From assembly GCF_009914755.1 (NCBI RefSeq), contig NC_060930.1: a stretch of DNA of 64,000 bases. One strand, written 5' to 3'. The DNA is from the human T2T-CHM13v2.0 reference genome, Homo sapiens. The position numbers and the translations under genes are program-made. The first letter of the stretch is position 1; the number at the start of each line of letters is the position of its first letter. Of the stretch, positions 61,001-64,000 are shown piece by piece. The notes below the pieces were generated by a model. The model did no database searches. It was not told the DNA's origin and saw nothing but the letters and a program-made list of their open reading frames with translations.

Positions 61001-64000
61001 CCCTTTGATAGAGCAGTTTTGAGACACCGCTTTGTAGAATTCCCAAGTGGATATTTAGAGCACTTTGAAGTCTCTGCTAGAAAATGAAACATCTTCATGT
61101 AAAAAGTAGATAGAATCGTTCTCAGAAAGTGCTTAGTGACGTGTGCGTTCAACTCACAGAGTTTAACGTTTCTTTTGATAGAGCGTTTCTGAAACACCCT
61201 TCTTGTAGTAGCTGCAAGTGGATATTTGGACCTATTGGAGGCCTTCTTTGGAAATGGGATTTCTTCATGTAACTCTAGAGTGAAGAATTCTCAGAAACTC
61301 CTTTGTGATGTGTGCATTCAATTCAAAGAGTGAAACCTCCCTTTTCACAGAGCAGTTTTGAAACACTGTTTTTGTAGGATTTCCAAGGGGATATTTATAG
61401 CGCATTGAGCCTACGGCGGAAAAAGAAACATCTTCCTATAAAAACTAGACAGAATACTTCTCAGAATCTGCTTTGCGATGTGTGCGTTCAACTCACAGAG
61501 TAAAACTTTTCTTTTGATAGAGCAGTTTTGAAACACTCTTTTTGTAGTATTTGCATGTGTATATTTAGAGCGCATTGAAGCCCACAGTAGAAAAGGAAAT
61601 AACTTCACCTAAAACCTAGACAGAAGCAATCTCAGAAACTACTTTGTGATGTGTACATTCAACTCACAGAGTGGAACTTTCCTCTTTATAGAGCAGTGTT
61701 GAAACACTCTTTTTGTAGAAACTGCAAGTGGATATTTGGACCTCTTTGAGGCCTTCGTTGGAAACGGGATTTCTTCCTGTAACCCTAGACAGAAGAATTT
61801 TCAGAAACCTCATTGTGATGTGTGCGTTCATCTCACAGAGTGGAGTCTTCCGTTTGATAGAGAAGTTTTGAAACCCTGTTCTTGTAGGATTTCCAAGTGG
61901 ATATTTAGACCACTTTGAAGCCTATGATAGAAAAGGAAACATCTTCATGGAAAACATAGATAGAATCATTCTCAGAAACAACTTTGTGATGTGTGCGTTG
62001 AACTCACCGTCTTTAACCTTTCTTTTGGTAGAGAAGTTTTGAAACACTCTCTTTGTAAAGTCTACAAGTGGATATTTTGAGCCCTTGGAGGCATTCTTTG
62101 GAAAAGGGAATGTCTTCACATAAAAGGCAGACAGAAGTGTTCTCAGAAACTGCTTTGTGATGTCTGTGTTCAACTCACAGAGTTTAACATTTCCTTTGAT
62201 AGAGCGGTTTAGTAACCCTCTCTTTGTAGAATTTGGAAGTGTATACTAAGAGCGCTTTGAGGCCTATGGTAGAAAAGGAAATATCTTTCCATAAAAGCTA
62301 GACAGAAGCAATCTCAGAAACTCCTTTGTGATGTCTGCATTCAACTCACCGAGTGGAACATTCCTCTTGAGAGAGCAGTTTGGAAACACTCTTTCTGTAG
62401 AATCAGCTTGTTTGTATTTGGACCTCCTTGAGGCCTTCGTTGGAAACGGGTTTTCATCTTATAAACCCAGACAGAAGAATTCTCAGAGTCTTCTTTGTGA
62501 TGTGTGCTTTCAACTCACCGAGATAAAGATTTCTCTTGATAGAGCAATTTGGAAACACTCTTTTTGTAGAATTTGCAAGGGTACATTGAGAGCGCTTTCA
62601 GGCCTATGGTAGAAAAGGGAATATCTTTCCATAAAAGGTAGACAGAAGCAATCTCAGAAACTACTTTGTGATGTGTGCATTCAACTCACCGAGTGCAACG
62701 TTCCTCTTGACCGAGCAGTTTGGAAACATTGTTTCTGTAGAATCTGCAAGTGGATATTTGGACCTCTTTGAGGCCTTCGTTGGAAACGGGATTTCTTCCT
62801 GTAAACCCAGACAGAAGAATTCTCAGAGACTTCTTTGTGATGTGTGAATTCAACTCACAGTGTGGATCCTTCCTTTTGATAGAGCAGTTTTGAAACCCTG
62901 TTTTTGTAGTATTTCCAAGCGGATATTTGGAACGCCTTGAAGCGTATGGTAGAAAAGGAAATATCTTCCCATAAAACCTAGACAGAACCAATCTCAGAAA
63001 CGACTTTGTGATGTCTGCATTCAACTCACAGAGTTGAACATTTCTCTTGATAGAGCAGTTTTGAAACCCTCTTTCTGAAGGATCTGCAAGTGGATATTTG
63101 GAACTCCTTTGGGTCTTCGTTGGAAACGGGATTTCTTCGTATAAATCTAGACAGAAGAATTCTCCGAAACTTCTTTGGTTGTGTGCATTCAAGTCACAGA
63201 GTGGAACCTTCCTTTGGATAGAGCAGTTTGAAACGCTGTGGTTGTAGTATTTCCAAGCGGATATTAGAGCGCCTTGAGGCCTATGGTAGAAAAGGAAATA
63301 TCTTCCCATAAAACCTAGACGGAAGCAATCTCAGAAACTACTGTGTGATGGCTGCATTCCACACACACGGTGGAACATTTCTCTTGATAGAGCAGTTTTG
63401 AAACACTCTTTCTGTAGAATCTGCAAGTGGATAATTGGACCGCCTTGAGGCCTTCGTTGGAAACGGGATTTCTTCATGTTACTCTAGATAGAAGAATTCT
63501 CAAACACTGCTATGTGATGTTTGCATTCAAGTCACAGAGTGCAACATTCCTCTTGGTAGAGCAGTTGGGAAACACTCCTTTTGTAGAATCTGCAATGGGA
63601 TATTTGGACTTCTTTGAGGCCTTCGTTGGAAACGGGATTTCTTCGTATGAATCTAGACAGAAGAATTCTCAGAAACTTCCTTGTGATGTGTGCATTCAAC
63701 TCAGCGAGTGGCACCTTCCTTTGGATACAGCAGTTTTGAAACACTGTTTTTGTAGTATTTCCAAGCGGATATTTAGAGCGCCTTGAAGCCTATGCTAGAA
63801 ATGGAAATATCTCCCCATAAAACCAAGACAGAAGCAATCTCAGAAACTAATGTGTGATGGCTGCATTCCACACACACGGTGGACCATTTCTCTTGATAGA
63901 GCAGTTTTGAAACACTCTTTCTGTAGAATCTGCAAGTGGATAATTGGACCTCCTAGAGGCCTTCGTTGGAAACGGGATTTCTTCATCTAAACCTACAGAG
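36695..64000 (+). repeat. Right-hand, more homogeneous HOR haplotype domain (copies 13-21, mostly 3056 bp)
   Basis: Shared alleles include GCAACGTTCCTCTTGAC, CTTGGTAGAG, CGTATGAATC, CTTCCTTGTG, CACAGAATGG, GAGTTTAACG and the 1-bp deletion ACACCGCTTTGTAG. Confidence 0.9.

Larger units (their letters stand above)
1..64000 (+). repeat. Alpha-satellite (alphoid) centromeric tandem array, ~170-bp monomers, single orientation
   Basis: Alphoid motifs recur every ~170 bp throughout (CATTCAACTCACAGAG, TTTGATAGAGCAGTTTTGAAACAC, TGCAAGTGGATATTTGG, AGACAGAAGAATTCTCAGAAAC). CENP-B boxes CTTCGTTGGAAACGGGA lie on the + strand. Confidence 0.99.
1..64000 (+). repeat. D6Z1: 18-monomer HOR array, ~20.9 copies; probably human chromosome 6 D6Z1 (S1C6H1L, suprachromosomal family 1)
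   Basis: The same marker ORF starts at 268, 3327, 6384, 9441 ... 61411, a period of 3056-3059 bp. I counted 18 box-region motifs per unit and one BamHI site per unit (GGATCC 1723-1728). The chromosome assignment rests on recalled knowledge that D6Z1 is an SF1 18-mer, ~3-kb BamHI repeat; it was not verified by alignment. Confidence 0.85.

Noticed and set aside
268-63786. All ORFs in the six-frame track (60-207 aa), including the recurring 207-aa minus-strand ORF
   Set aside because: They are translations of alpha-satellite. They recur at the HOR period, contain internal ~57-aa monomer echoes, resemble no protein family I recognise, and are freely broken by stops and frameshifts between copies (e.g. 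the 207-aa ORF is split in the B copies).
1-64000. CRISPR-like array (conserved motifs separated by variable sequence)
   Set aside because: The intervening sequences are homologous monomer bodies, not unique spacers, and there are no cas genes.
1-64000. Transposon insertion, inversion or monomer-number HOR variant (e.g. 15-mer)
   Set aside because: Every period is 3056-3059 bp, which leaves no room for an insertion or monomer deletion. All boxes are on the same strand, and I saw no poly-A tail or Alu/L1 sequence.
36695-64000. Calling this region the functional kinetochore site (CDR)
   Set aside because: CENP-A position and hypomethylation are epigenetic and cannot be read from the sequence.
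1-64000. A novel gene-encoded biological system
   Set aside because: No coding, RNA-gene or non-satellite sequence is present. Anything new here concerns the architecture and evolution of the repeat.

Overview
The whole 64 kb window is one uninterrupted head-to-tail array of primate (almost certainly human) centromeric alpha-satellite DNA. It is built from ~170-bp monomers grouped into an 18-monomer higher-order repeat (HOR) of 3056-3059 bp, about 20.9 copies, all in the same orientation. The dimeric A/B (SF1-type) monomers, ~3057-bp period and one BamHI site per unit fit the chromosome 6 active array D6Z1 (S1C6H1L); this assignment is from recall, not a search. I see no genes, transposon insertions, inversions or monomer-number variants, and all ORFs in the track are artefacts recurring at the HOR period. 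I found no new gene-encoded system. The interesting structure lies in the copy-to-copy variants. (1) Two HOR haplotype domains meet at ~34 kb. (2) Each domain has expanded as a two-HOR (36-monomer, ~6.1 kb) unit. (3) The count of intact CENP-B box cores alternates between copies and differs between domains. (4) A 3-monomer duplication sits inside the HOR. (5) There are several chimeric copies, mutation clusters and conversion-like patches. Copy starts (phase set at window start): 1, 3060, 6117, 9174, 12231, 15290, 18349, 21406, 24465, 27522, 30581, 33638, 36695, 39751, 42807, 45863, 48919, 51975, 55032, 58088, 61144. All comparisons were made by eye.
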